Shown here: piece after piece, positions 47,549 to 57,456 of the stretch | Numbering within the stretch: the first letter of the stretch is position 1 | Layout of the letters: the number at the start of each line of letters is the position of its first letter | NCBI GenBank assembly: GCA_048941285.1 | Contig: JBHLNS010000003.1 | Span: 3,914-67,913, forward strand | Direction of reading: 5' to 3' | Length of the DNA stretch: 64,000 nt | Origin: Promethearchaeota archaeon | Lineage (GTDB): Archaea > Asgardarchaeota > Lokiarchaeia > Sigyniarchaeales > SOKP01 | The notes under the pieces: generated by a model | What the model saw: the letters and a program-made list of their open reading frames with translations, nothing else | The model's database searches: none | What the model was told of the DNA's origin: nothing | Program-made: the position numbers and the translations under genes

Positions 47549-49600
47549 ATGATTACTCCATCTACAGAATTTACTAATTTTGACGTATTTGCTATTGTAA
47601 AGGAATTAGATTTAATATTATTTAATGCTACGATTCTAAATATATATGAAGTAGAAGATATTTTGATATTAAAAATCAATACTAATATTGGGAAAAAAAA
47701 TTTAATTATCAAAAAGGATTCAAGGATTAATTTAACTGAATATGATTATCCTATCCCCCAATATCCAAGTCAATATATAATTTCGCTAAGAAAGTTATTG
47801 AAAAACCGCAGAATCTTAAAAATTTCGCAATATCAATTCGATAGAATCATTATAATTGAATTGAGTTTCGATTTAGCCCGATCATGGAAATTTGTTATAG
47901 AACTATTTAACAAGGGTAATTTCTTGTTATTGGATGAAAATAATATTATAAAAGTGGCCAAAAAATATAGAAAGTTTAGAGATAGAGATATCCTACCTAA
48001 TAAAGAATATCTTTTTCCTAAATCTCAAGGAAAAAATTTTCTAACTTTAAATAAGGAAGAATTTAAAGCTTTATTTAACAGCTCTGATCTGGAAATTGTC
48101 AGGGATCTCTCAAGAAGTATACATATTTCTGGATTATATAGTGAAGAAATATGCCATAGAGCTAAAATAAATAAAATAAGCCTTGGAAAAGATTTAACTG
48201 AAGAACAGTACGAAAATTTATATGATTCCTTCAAAAAGTTAAGAAATCAATTATTATTTGGTGAAATAAATGCCTATATTGTATTTGATAAAAACGATAA
48301 TCAAATTTCAGTTCTACCCTTTGAAATTGAAATTCTTTCACAAAATAACAAAGAATATTTTCCGTCATTTAATGAAGCTGTAGACAAATATTTTTCCAAA
48401 ATTGATTCTGAAGCTCTAAAAGGGCCCAAAGATCAAAAAATTGAAGACCAAATTAAATCTCAAGAAAAGATATTAAAAAATCAAGAAGAATATCTTGAAG
48501 AACTCAAAAAAAAAAAAGATGATTACTATAAAATTGGCGAATTAATTTATGCTAATTTAAATTCCTTAGAAAAATTAAAAGCTGTAATCTTGGACGCAAA
48601 AGAAAAAGGGTATTCATGGGATATTATTAACAACAAACTTAAAAGCGCAAAATTAGAAAATTTAAATGGTACCGAATTTTTTGAGAAAATATTCCCATCA
48701 ACTAATGAATTTTTGATAAATGTTAATGGCAATAGTGTTTATCTGGATTTAAAAGAAAGTATTGGAGAAAATGCGAATAAAATCTATTCTAAAGGAAAAA
48801 AAGCGGATAAGAAGTTAAAGGGAACTATTACTGCTATTGAAAAAACTAGAAAAAAAATTGAGAAGTTAAAGCTTGAACGAGAATTAATAGAAGCTGAAGT
48901 TGATTTCTTGATTAAGAAGCCTAAGAAAAAATGGTATGAGAAGTTTAGATGGTTTTTATCGTCTGATGGATATATAGTCATAGGGGGAAGAGATGCAAAC
49001 TCTAATGAAATTATTTTTAAAAAGCATATAGAGCAAAATGACTTAATTTTTCATACAAATTTTCCAGGATCTCCATTAGTAGTAATTAAAAATCCAGATA
49101 ACAAGAAGATCCCTATAAGTACTATTGATGAGACCGCACAATTCGTTGCATCTTATTCAAGGGCATGGAAAGAAAACTGGGGGGTAGTTGACGTATATTA
49201 TATTCATCCAGAACAAATTTCAAAAAGTCCTCCCTCAGGGGAGTTTTTGCACAAAGGTTCTTTTATAATATCTGGTAGGAAAAATATCATCAAAAATGTT
49301 AAAACTGAATTGACGATTGGACTAAAATTTGACGAATTAGAAGCAGAATCTAAAAATGATCATAAAATATTTTATCCTAAAATCATTTCTGGTCCAAAAT
49401 CTGCTGTAACAGCGCAGACCAAAAACATTTTAACAATTATTCCATCAAAATCAGATGGTTTAACGAAAGGAAAGTTAGCTAAAGAGCTCTTGTCGAAGTT
49501 CCACAGAAATTTAGAAAAAGAATTAAGAATTTGGATTAAATTATTATCTATAGATGAAATTCTTCTTTCTTTACCTAGTGGCATATCAATAATTAAGTGA
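47549..49600 (+). CDS. NFACT-family protein (Rqc2/NEMF/FbpA homolog)
   Basis: NFACT-N-like start FTNFDVFAIVKELDLILFNATILNIYEV, a central coiled coil, and the NFACT-R/DUF814 segment ..GGRDANSNEIIFKKHIEQNDLIFHTNFPGSPLVVIK. Confidence 0.85.
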   Translation: MITPSTEFTNFDVFAIVKELDLILFNATILNIYEVEDILILKINTNIGKKNLIIKKDSRINLTEYDYPIPQYPSQYIISLRKLLKNRRILKISQYQFDRIIIIELSFDLARSWKFVIELFNKGNFLLLDENNIIKVAKKYRKFRDRDILPNKEYLFPKSQGKNFLTLNKEEFKALFNSSDLEIVRDLSRSIHISGLYSEEICHRAKINKISLGKDLTEEQYENLYDSFKKLRNQLLFGEINAYIVFDKNDNQISVLPFEIEILSQNNKEYFPSFNEAVDKYFSKIDSEALKGPKDQKIEDQIKSQEKILKNQEEYLEELKKKKDDYYKIGELIYANLNSLEKLKAVILDAKEKGYSWDIINNKLKSAKLENLNGTEFFEKIFPSTNEFLINVNGNSVYLDLKESIGENANKIYSKGKKADKKLKGTITAIEKTRKKIEKLKLERELIEAEVDFLIKKPKKKWYEKFRWFLSSDGYIVIGGRDANSNEIIFKKHIEQNDLIFHTNFPGSPLVVIKNPDNKKIPISTIDETAQFVASYSRAWKENWGVVDVYYIHPEQISKSPPSGEFLHKGSFIISGRKNIIKNVKTELTIGLKFDELEAESKNDHKIFYPKIISGPKSAVTAQTKNILTIIPSKSDGLTKGKLAKELLSKFHRNLEKELRIWIKLLSIDEILLSLPSGISIIK

Positions 49601-49606
49601 AAAAAA

Positions 49607-50350
49607 TTAAGCTGAGGCAACCCAACTTTTAATTGTTGTTATATTTGCATGGTTATCAAATAAGATACCATTAATACCCATATCAATTAACCATTTAATC
49701 TCAAATATTGGATCTTTGTAATGTATAAAATCCCATGCTAAAGCTTTTATTTTATAATCATGACAAATTTCAATAAATTTTTTAGAAGTTAAATTTGATC
49801 TTAAACTTATAAAATCAGGTTTAATCTTGAATTTTGTAGGACTATCAAATTTCAAAAATTCACTTATATCAAAATCTAAACCTTTAGTAAGATTATAACA
49901 TATTCGACTATTGTGGTAAACTTTCTTTATTTCACCTAATTCATTTAAGTTCCTCCCACTAAAAATGCAATCTTCCAACAAGTTATAATTTTTAACAATA
50001 CTTAATACCTCCTCTTTTATATTATCATCTTTCAATTCAATCATAAATAGCGTTTTTCCTTTTAATAAGTTTAGCACCTCTGATAAGAGAGGAATAGTGT
50101 TTTTATGGTTTTTAGTTGATATATTTTTTATTTCACTATAATAAAGATCTTTTAACAAACCTGAACTATTTGTCGTTCTATCTAATTTAGGATCATGTAG
50201 AATCACCAGTTTATTATCTTTAGTCCTTCGCACATCAAATTCTATACAATTAGCGCCATATTCTATCGCTTTTTCAAATGCATTTATTGTATTCTCATCA
50301 AAATGCGTTCTAGTACCTCTGTGTCCTACGTATAAAAATTCTGATTTCAT
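49607..50350 (-). CDS. glycerophosphodiester phosphodiesterase (GDPD)
   Basis: ..VGHRGTRTHFDENTINAFEKAIEYGANCIEFDVRRTKDNKLVILHDPKLDRTTN.. Confidence 0.85.
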   Translation of the reverse strand: MKSEFLYVGHRGTRTHFDENTINAFEKAIEYGANCIEFDVRRTKDNKLVILHDPKLDRTTNSSGLLKDLYYSEIKNISTKNHKNTIPLLSEVLNLLKGKTLFMIELKDDNIKEEVLSIVKNYNLLEDCIFSGRNLNELGEIKKVYHNSRICYNLTKGLDFDISEFLKFDSPTKFKIKPDFISLRSNLTSKKFIEICHDYKIKALAWDFIHYKDPIFEIKWLIDMGINGILFDNHANITTIKSWVASA

Positions 50351-50375
50351 AGCAGAACTTTTAATAATTGTTTTT

Positions 50376-50789
50376 TTATTCTTGAATTAAAAATAGGTAT
50401 ATTAAAATAATTGATATACCAATTAGAGTAAGAATAAAAACAGATGGGTTCAATAGAGTCTGGCCAATAGAAAAAATAACCATTAAAAGTAAATCTTTCC
50501 AATTTAATCTTTTACCGATTAATTCTTTATAATTCGCATAACTAGTAATAATAAATAGAAAAAACAATAAAACAACAATTACTTTTATGGTAATATCAAT
50601 AAAAGTCCATAATAAATCAATATTCATGAAAACTGTTATTATTTCAGCATTAAAAATAATTGACACTATAAAAGATACGCATCCAAAAATGGCTGATATA
50701 ATTATTGATCTAAACGCAAAATTTTCATCAGACCGATAATTCTTATTTTTTTTTTTATTTATTGGAGGTTGTTTGGGTATTTTTGACAT
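50376..50789 (-). CDS. hypothetical membrane protein (137 aa)
   Basis: Three to four hydrophobic segments. No family recognised. Confidence 0.4.
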   Translation of the reverse strand: MSKIPKQPPINKKKNKNYRSDENFAFRSIIISAIFGCVSFIVSIIFNAEIITVFMNIDLLWTFIDITIKVIVVLLFFLFIITSYANYKELIGKRLNWKDLLLMVIFSIGQTLLNPSVFILTLIGISIILIYLFLIQE

Positions 50790-50790
50790 G

Positions 50791-51591
50791 TTATTTTCTA
50801 TATTTTTTTATATTTTCTTTTAGTTTAAAAATTTTATAAATGTAAAAAATTAAAACAAACCCTAGAATGCTAAATACTATTATAGTTAATATATAAACAA
50901 CAATATTGATAATTGAAGGTATTTCCGGGGATAATGATTTAATATTGATGAGAACTATTGTACTTTTTTTAATTCCATGAGGGTATATTGGTGTATCTCC
51001 ATAGGTAATATTGAAAGCATATCCACTTCCAAAATCTAATGCCGCATCATCCGCATTTGCATCGTATCCTTTAATAGGTAAAGCAAACTCGTAAGTAGAA
51101 GTGAGATCTTCTAATTCAGCAGCTCCCTCACCATTTATTTCTGTATCGATTAAAAAAACACCATCAGTAACATTATAATCATAATAATTATATTGATTTA
51201 CAGATATGTTGGTGAACTGAATTATTTTAGCATCAATAAATTCTTCTTTATTCTCAGAAGAACTATTTGACACGATAAGTCCTATAAACTCATTTATACT
51301 GTGATGCCCGAGCAACAATTCGAACTGAACAGAAATATAAAGATTTATATCATCTTGCATAACCCATAATTTGATAGGTAAATCCTCTAATAAGATATCA
51401 GTTTTATAAGCCTTGTTCCACTCTTTTGTTGAGAGATCGATATACCCATCAATTACGGGAGATTCTCCATATTTTGAGTTGATTTCCTTAGTGGCACAAT
51501 AACCGTTCGCTAAAAAAAATAGGGACACTACGGTTATATTAATAAGCACAATACAAGTTAATACTTTAAAAAACTCTTTCTTCAAGATCAA
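50791..51591 (-). CDS. secreted protein with a C-terminal TM anchor (possibly CBM9/DOMON-like fold)
   Basis: Signal-like N-terminus, ..PVIDGYIDLSTKEWNKAYK...DDINLYISVQ.., and a C-terminal TM segment plus basic tail. Confidence 0.45.
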   Translation of the reverse strand: MILKKEFFKVLTCIVLINITVVSLFFLANGYCATKEINSKYGESPVIDGYIDLSTKEWNKAYKTDILLEDLPIKLWVMQDDINLYISVQFELLLGHHSINEFIGLIVSNSSSENKEEFIDAKIIQFTNISVNQYNYYDYNVTDGVFLIDTEINGEGAAELEDLTSTYEFALPIKGYDANADDAALDFGSGYAFNITYGDTPIYPHGIKKSTIVLINIKSLSPEIPSIINIVVYILTIIVFSILGFVLIFYIYKIFKLKENIKKYRK

Positions 51592-51777
51592 ATAGCCATT
51601 TATTTTTAAAAACTTCTATTTTCTGTAATGCTAAATATAAAAATTGATAATTAAAATTTAATTTAATATTTTTCGTATAAATTTTGTATATTACAAAAAA
51701 TTCGACATCGAATTTCGCATTTAAAATAAATATTAAAATTTTAACGCTCTCATTAACCTACTTAAAAAATCTTTAAT

Positions 51778-52257
51778 TCAGTTAAAAAAATTTGGAAGCA
51801 AAACAATACAGTTAAATTTATTTAGATAAACTATAATATAATTCATCAGACGCTTAATATCTCGCCTAGCTTCTAATGAGTTCTTGTCATTGTACTCAGC
51901 GAAAGGTTTAGGACCAATAGCAACCAATATACCTGATAAATCTTTTTCTCGTTTAATGAAAAACCAAAAAGGATTTTGTTTTTCATTATCTTTTACTAAT
52001 ATGAGCATCCAAGGATTTTGCGTCCAGTCTTCATCATTAGGACCAATTACTTTTTCAATTGTTTTCTGAATTTGATACTTTTTAGTCATTTTTATTGTTT
52101 TAGTTAACGCATTAAAATAACTCCGTTTTATTTTTAAATAACCTCCAAAATATCCTTTAGCATCAAACAATTCTAGCTCTTTCTTTTCTCCATCTGGTAA
52201 TTTCAAAAATACTCTCCAATTATCAATCATAGTTTTATTCGTGTTTTTTAAGTCCAA
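51778..52257 (-). CDS. hypothetical protein (159 aa)
   Basis: Clean ORF overlapping the upstream gene end. No family recognised. Confidence 0.4.
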   Translation of the reverse strand: MDLKNTNKTMIDNWRVFLKLPDGEKKELELFDAKGYFGGYLKIKRSYFNALTKTIKMTKKYQIQKTIEKVIGPNDEDWTQNPWMLILVKDNEKQNPFWFFIKREKDLSGILVAIGPKPFAEYNDKNSLEARRDIKRLMNYIIVYLNKFNCIVLLPNFFN

Positions 52258-52669
52258 TTTCTTCTATTTTTATTTGTTTAAATATCTTTTTAATCTTATT
52301 TAAAGATGCTTTTAGCCCAATAGCTTTAGCTTCATCTAAATTTAAATTCAAATAACATTCATAGTAAAGTTGGTTTTCAATAATTATAACTCCTGAAGTA
52401 TGAATAAGCTGACAATTTTGAAGAATCTCAGAAATTTTAGCAAACATTTCATTAGAAAATTTAAATGCTGAAAATGTTACCTTTATGACTTTATCTTTTT
52501 TTAGTGGATATATTGAGAGTTTCATAGAGTTCTCTATAATTGATTGAATTATTAAAAGATATGGATTATCCTCTAAGTTTTTCATGTCTAATAATGAAAG
52601 TTTTAAAATACTTCCTGATAGATCTCTAATACGTTGTATATGGGCTTTAGTTAAATTGTATACCTTCAT
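52235..52669 (-). CDS. hypothetical protein (144 aa, ACT-like?)
   Basis: Clean ORF downstream of the RNase P protein genes. No family recognised. Confidence 0.4.
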   Translation of the reverse strand: MKVYNLTKAHIQRIRDLSGSILKLSLLDMKNLEDNPYLLIIQSIIENSMKLSIYPLKKDKVIKVTFSAFKFSNEMFAKISEILQNCQLIHTSGVIIIENQLYYECYLNLNLDEAKAIGLKASLNKIKKIFKQIKIEEIGLKKHE

Positions 52670-52695
52670 CTTTATTTAAATAATTAATTTTTAAT

Positions 52696-53034
52696 CTAAA
52701 TCAATTTTTTCTTATCAATTCTCTTTTTTAGTGAGAGAATCGTACCTGAAGTTTTATATGGTGATAGAATAACTCTTATTCCATCGATTTCTTTTACAAG
52801 ACTTAAAGCAGAAATTAATGTTTCTTTCGTCTGGTGAGAACATCTAATTATTCCAAATTCTTTATCCAAATTAAGTTCTATTAACCATAATCCAATTTTA
52901 TTTGCCTCCTTTAATCCAAAATATCTCCAGATGGATTGCCAAATTGATTTTAAAAGTGAATTTTGAGAAATTTCTATTTGATTTTTTTTAATTATTTTAA
53001 AAAAAATATATCTTTGTCTTTCTTTTCGGCCGAT
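52696..53034 (-). CDS. rnp2: RNase P protein component 2 (Pop5/Rpp14), no canonical start codon
   Basis: My own translation of the frame open from 53040 gives LIIGRKERQRYIFFKII...FGIIRCSHQTKETLISALSLVKEIDGIRVILSPYKTSGTILSLKKR. RYI.F, IIRC and SGTI are Pop5 hallmarks. The gene is absent from the track because the first ATG/GTG/TTG is at codon ~58. GGTGAT lies 5 nt upstream of the ATC at 53034. Confidence 0.7.
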   Translation of the reverse strand: MGRKERQRYIFFKIIKKNQIEISQNSLLKSIWQSIWRYFGLKEANKIGLWLIELNLDKEFGIIRCSHQTKETLISALSLVKEIDGIRVILSPYKTSGTILSLKKRIDKKKLI

Positions 53035-53036
53035 TA

Positions 53037-53756
53037 TTAATCACCATCTTTAATTAATCTAATTTCTGGTTCAAGTATATTATTCCCGTGTTTTGCGACG
53101 CGTTCCAACAATAAAATTGGGTTTAACCTAAAGATTTTTTTTGCTTTGTCTAAAGAAACATCTAAAAGAGAATTGCAGATGCTTATTAAAGCTCTAGGGT
53201 GTCTAAGATCATATAAATCATCAAAATTTCCACTAACGATGCAATTTGCTTTATATTTTAAAGCTAACTGAATAAATCTATAGAGATTTCTGAAATTTTT
53301 TGATTGGTTTGCTTTGTTTGATATCATGATTGAAGCTAGCGAAAATTCCAAAAAAGAGTTATTCTGTTTAGTAAGTGAAATTACTCCTGGAGTTAGTGTT
53401 TTAATTATTTGAGGATTAGAAAATGAAATAATATCAACTCTTGAATCTCTCGCTGCCTGTATTTGAACCTCTTTATTAAACGATTCAATTGAAAGGATGT
53501 CTGAAAAGTTATTAAATTTTTTAATTTTTTTTTTAAAATCCTCAAGATTATTTAATCTTAAGTTAATTCGAAAATATATGTTCAGTTTTGAATTATTTTT
53601 TAATTTTTTTTTTATATCTAATGGAATGGTATTCGAATTATCTTTGGGTTCCAAAATAACATTTTTAATCCCTAGCTTTTCGCAAAATTCCAGTTTTTCA
53701 CGAATTTCGGCTTCATTATTGAAATCTAATGGTAGTCTTGATTCAAAATATGACAA
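53037..53756 (-). CDS. rnp3: RNase P protein component 3 (Rpp30)
   Basis: ..AARDSRVDIISF.., ..ALKYKANCIVSGNFDDLYDLRHPRALISICNSL... The conserved Rpp30-Pop5 gene order supports the call. Confidence 0.8.
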   Translation of the reverse strand: MSYFESRLPLDFNNEAEIREKLEFCEKLGIKNVILEPKDNSNTIPLDIKKKLKNNSKLNIYFRINLRLNNLEDFKKKIKKFNNFSDILSIESFNKEVQIQAARDSRVDIISFSNPQIIKTLTPGVISLTKQNNSFLEFSLASIMISNKANQSKNFRNLYRFIQLALKYKANCIVSGNFDDLYDLRHPRALISICNSLLDVSLDKAKKIFRLNPILLLERVAKHGNNILEPEIRLIKDGD

Positions 53757-53880
53757 AAATGTTATAACCTCAAAAACTGCTAAACTTTCTATAATTATCT
53801 TAAGAATCGTAAAAATAAAAAAATTTTATTATAACTAAATATTTAAAATGTTAGTTTTTGAATTCATGTGAGGATTTTTA

Positions 53881-55170
53881 GTGGTTAAAAAAAGAACGCT
53901 TTCAGAAATAAGAAATAAAGTTGAAGATGGTTCCGCTGTTATATTGACTGTTCAAGAATTAATAGATCAGATAAGTGAAGGTGAGAAAGTTAAATTTGAA
54001 GATGTTGATATTGTTACAACAGCAACAAAAGGGCTTATGAGCGGAATTATGGGGATTTTCTCTTTTCGCCTCTCACCACCAAAAACTTTAAGAAAATTTA
54101 CTGAAGTTGATATTAATGGTATACCTGCTTTTCCTGGGCCGTGTCCAAATGAATATTTGGGGATAGTGGATCTAATTATCTATGGAACTACTCAAAGTCG
54201 TACAAAAGATAATTATTGTGGGGGCTCTTTATTTAGAGAAATAGTTGAAGGAAAACCTTTACAAGTCTTAGCCAAGAGTGCAGAAGGTGAAACCGTAGAA
54301 AAAGTTTTAAAGTTAGAAGATATGCAATTTGCTAAATTAGTCGGAACAAGACAAGCAATTAAGAACTATAACGCAATGATTAATTGTGAGACCTATAATG
54401 TTAACACAATTTTCTCATGTCTTCCTTTTCCCCCCAATAAGACAGAAATTACTTTTTCTGGATGCGGAGCCCTTAATCCATTTCAAAATGATCCTGAATT
54501 TGAATCTTTTGGAGTTGGATCTCCTGTTCTTGTAAACGGAAATATTGGATATCTTATGGGTCCTGGAACACGTAATTATATCGAAAAACCTAACATGATG
54601 ACTATCACTCCATTTGAAGGAATGAAACCAGAGTATATGGGTGCTTTCAAAACATCTTACGGATTAGAACCTATTTGTAGTTTAGCCTTACCTATTCCTA
54701 TTTTAAATGAAAATATATTCAACAATATAGTAAAATCTGATAAACTAGTTAAGTTAACTATTTTAAGTCTTGTAGGACGTGAAAAAGTAGGAGAGATTAC
54801 TTATGGTGATGTATGGGATAAAAATTTTCATATGAGGTTTGATCCAAATGCGTGTAAAAATTGTAAAGAATGTAAAGCCATTGATAAATGCCCTACTGAT
54901 GCGTTTATTATAAAGGAAGGTTGGATCTCTGCTATAGACCGATCTCGTTGTTTTAATTGCGGTAATTGTACTCACATATGTTCAGAAGCATTTCAATTAG
55001 ATCTTAAAAAAGTTAATTTCGATGATAATGAGGTTCCAATTGTTTTAAGGCAATCAGATAGGTATGGAGCAATAAAATTAGCAGAGATGTTGAAATCAAT
55101 GATATTAAAAGGAGAATTTCCTCTAAAAAAACCGATTAGTAAATTAAAATTTGCAGAAATAGTAAAATAA
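53881..55170 (+). CDS. DUF39/COG1900 sulfur-insertion enzyme (homocysteine/CoM-type) fused to a 2x[4Fe-4S] ferredoxin domain
   Basis: ..EIRNKVEDGSAVILTVQEL....DVDIVTTATKGLMSG.., C-terminal CKNCKECKAIDKCP and CFNCGNCTHIC. GTG start. Confidence 0.7.
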   Translation: MVKKRTLSEIRNKVEDGSAVILTVQELIDQISEGEKVKFEDVDIVTTATKGLMSGIMGIFSFRLSPPKTLRKFTEVDINGIPAFPGPCPNEYLGIVDLIIYGTTQSRTKDNYCGGSLFREIVEGKPLQVLAKSAEGETVEKVLKLEDMQFAKLVGTRQAIKNYNAMINCETYNVNTIFSCLPFPPNKTEITFSGCGALNPFQNDPEFESFGVGSPVLVNGNIGYLMGPGTRNYIEKPNMMTITPFEGMKPEYMGAFKTSYGLEPICSLALPIPILNENIFNNIVKSDKLVKLTILSLVGREKVGEITYGDVWDKNFHMRFDPNACKNCKECKAIDKCPTDAFIIKEGWISAIDRSRCFNCGNCTHICSEAFQLDLKKVNFDDNEVPIVLRQSDRYGAIKLAEMLKSMILKGEFPLKKPISKLKFAEIVK

Positions 55171-55187
55171 GATTCAGCATATCTATA

Positions 55188-55631
55188 ATGACAGAATTAA
55201 AAATAATAAAGTTCGATCAAATTGGTATCCTTGTTAAAAATATTGAGAAAGCAGCAGAATTCTACAATGCAATACTTGATTTTAATGGAAAGATCAATAT
55301 TGTGCAACAAACCAGCACTGTAAATTATAGAGGGAATGAAGTAGAATTTAAAATGAAAAAAATAATGCAAAACTTTGGTGGGAAACAATTTGAAATTATT
55401 GAAGTATTGGAATCTACTGGCGATCATTTATATTCAGAATTTCTTAAAGAAGGAAAAGTTGGACTACATCACTTAGGTGTTTATATTAAAGATGCTGAGA
55501 TCCTAATTCTCCATTTTAAGAATAAATACAATATAGACGTAATTCAATCAGGAAAAGTTGGAAGAGTCAAATTTTATTATTTGGATACCAAAGAAGTTTT
55601 TGGGTATTATCTCGAATTGATTGAAATTTAA
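55188..55631 (+). CDS. VOC/glyoxalase-family protein (methylmalonyl-CoA epimerase-like)
   Basis: ..KFDQIGILVKNIEKAAEFY.. and ..GLHHLGVYIKD.. paired beta-alpha-beta-beta-beta modules. Confidence 0.7.
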   Translation: MTELKIIKFDQIGILVKNIEKAAEFYNAILDFNGKINIVQQTSTVNYRGNEVEFKMKKIMQNFGGKQFEIIEVLESTGDHLYSEFLKEGKVGLHHLGVYIKDAEILILHFKNKYNIDVIQSGKVGRVKFYYLDTKEVFGYYLELIEI

Positions 55632-55696
55632 TTTAGACTTAATTGTTGAATTTCTTTTTTAATAAACTTTTTTTTTAATTTGTAATAGGTCTAATT

Positions 55697-57433
55697 ATGT
55701 CAAGTCAAATTTTAGATGGCGGTGATTTGGTTGTTAAATGCCTTCTAAAGGAAGGAATTACTAAAATATTTGGTATTGTAGGCGGGGAATTATTAAGAAT
55801 TTATGATGCTATTGAACGATGGGGTAGAGAAAAAGGCTTAGATACAGTAATGGTAAGGCACGAGCAAGCTGGAGGCCATATGGCAGATGCTTGGGCGCGT
55901 GCAACTGGAGAAATAGGTGTGTGCCTAGGAACCGTTGGTCCCGGCGTTACTCATCTTGTTCCCGCTGCTGCAGCAGCTAATTCAGACTCAATTCCTATGC
56001 TTATAATTGGTGCGCAAATAGGAAGAATGTTTGAAGATACTGGAATTTTACAGGGTGGTATCGACCAAATTGCATTAATGAAACCAATAACTAAAGCACA
56101 AATTCAAGTTGAAGAACCAGGGGAAATTCCTCATGCAATTCAAAAAGCTATAAAAACAGCCTTATCAGGAAGAAGAGGTCCAGTATATCTAGAATTCAGA
56201 GAAACTGCATTAGTAAGAAATGCGACAGAAGCGGACTTTAATAAAATTTTAGATCCAGAAAAGTATAGAGCATTGCATAGACCTAGTGGGGCTTCAGCAG
56301 ATATTAAAAAAACAATTGAAATATTAAAAAATGCTAAAAAACCTCTTTTAATTGCTGGTGGGGGAGTAATTGCCTCAGAAGCTTCAGAGGAGATAAAAAT
56401 CTTTTCAGAGACATATATGATACCAACAAGCACTACAATTAACGGAATTGGTTCAATTGGAAGAGATAAAAAGAATTTTTTAGATTCTTATTTAATAAAT
56501 AATGCTTACAGAACTGCTGCTACAAAAGCTGATGTAGTGTTATCATTTGGATGTAAATGGGATTATTCAATATTTTATGGAGCATCCCCAATGTGGAATC
56601 AAAATCAAAAAGTTATCCAAATTGATATAGATCCTAATGAAATTGGCAAAAATAGATCAATTGAAATAGGCATTATTGGTGATTGTAAAGCTGTGATTAA
56701 CCAATTATTAAATGAAATGGAAAAATCCTTACCAAAAGACAAAATATCTGAATGGTTGGAATGGAACATGTATTTACAAGAACTATGCAAGAATCAATTA
56801 AATACGAATTTAAAAATTCTTGATTATAAAAAATTACCAATGAAACCAGAACGATTAATTTATGAGGTTTTCAACTATATCCCTGAAGATGCGCAAATTG
56901 TGCTTGATGGTGGAGATATTGTTGTATTCTCTTATAAGTTTATAAACTTAAAATCTCGTCCTCCAAGATCAACATTTTTCCCAATTTCTATGGGACATCT
57001 AGGAGTTGGAATTCCCTATGCCATTGGTGTTAAAATGGCAAAACCAGATAAACTTGTTGTTTGCGTTAACGGTGATGGAAGTTTTCTGTTTAATGTACAA
57101 GAATTAGAAACAGCAGTACGACTAAATTTGCCAATAATTGTGATTATTGCTAATAATTGTGCTTGGGGAATGATAAAGAGCAATCAAACAAAAGCGTTTA
57201 ACAAAAGGTACTGTGATGTCGATCTACCCTCAATTGATTACTCTGAAATTGCCAGAGGATTTGGATGTTATGGAGAAAAAATAGAAAATCCCGAAGATAT
57301 AAAACTGGCTTTACAAAGAGCTATTGAATCTAAAAAACCTGCTGTTATTGATGTTAGTATTGCCTTTGAAACTCCCCCTCCAATGAAATTGCTAGCGCAA
57401 TATAAGAAAAATAAAGGTTTATTTGGAAAATAA
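55697..57433 (+). CDS. thiamine-diphosphate enzyme of the acetolactate synthase / sulfoacetaldehyde acetyltransferase / oxalyl-CoA decarboxylase family
   Basis: ..GGDLVVKCLLKEGITKIFGIVGGE...RHEQAGGHMADAWARATGEIGVCLGTVGPG.. and the TPP motif ..GDGSFLFNVQELETAVRLNLPIIVIIANN.. Confidence 0.9.
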   Translation: MSSQILDGGDLVVKCLLKEGITKIFGIVGGELLRIYDAIERWGREKGLDTVMVRHEQAGGHMADAWARATGEIGVCLGTVGPGVTHLVPAAAAANSDSIPMLIIGAQIGRMFEDTGILQGGIDQIALMKPITKAQIQVEEPGEIPHAIQKAIKTALSGRRGPVYLEFRETALVRNATEADFNKILDPEKYRALHRPSGASADIKKTIEILKNAKKPLLIAGGGVIASEASEEIKIFSETYMIPTSTTINGIGSIGRDKKNFLDSYLINNAYRTAATKADVVLSFGCKWDYSIFYGASPMWNQNQKVIQIDIDPNEIGKNRSIEIGIIGDCKAVINQLLNEMEKSLPKDKISEWLEWNMYLQELCKNQLNTNLKILDYKKLPMKPERLIYEVFNYIPEDAQIVLDGGDIVVFSYKFINLKSRPPRSTFFPISMGHLGVGIPYAIGVKMAKPDKLVVCVNGDGSFLFNVQELETAVRLNLPIIVIIANNCAWGMIKSNQTKAFNKRYCDVDLPSIDYSEIARGFGCYGEKIENPEDIKLALQRAIESKKPAVIDVSIAFETPPPMKLLAQYKKNKGLFGK

Positions 57434-57456
57434 AATCTAATAAATAGTGATATATT

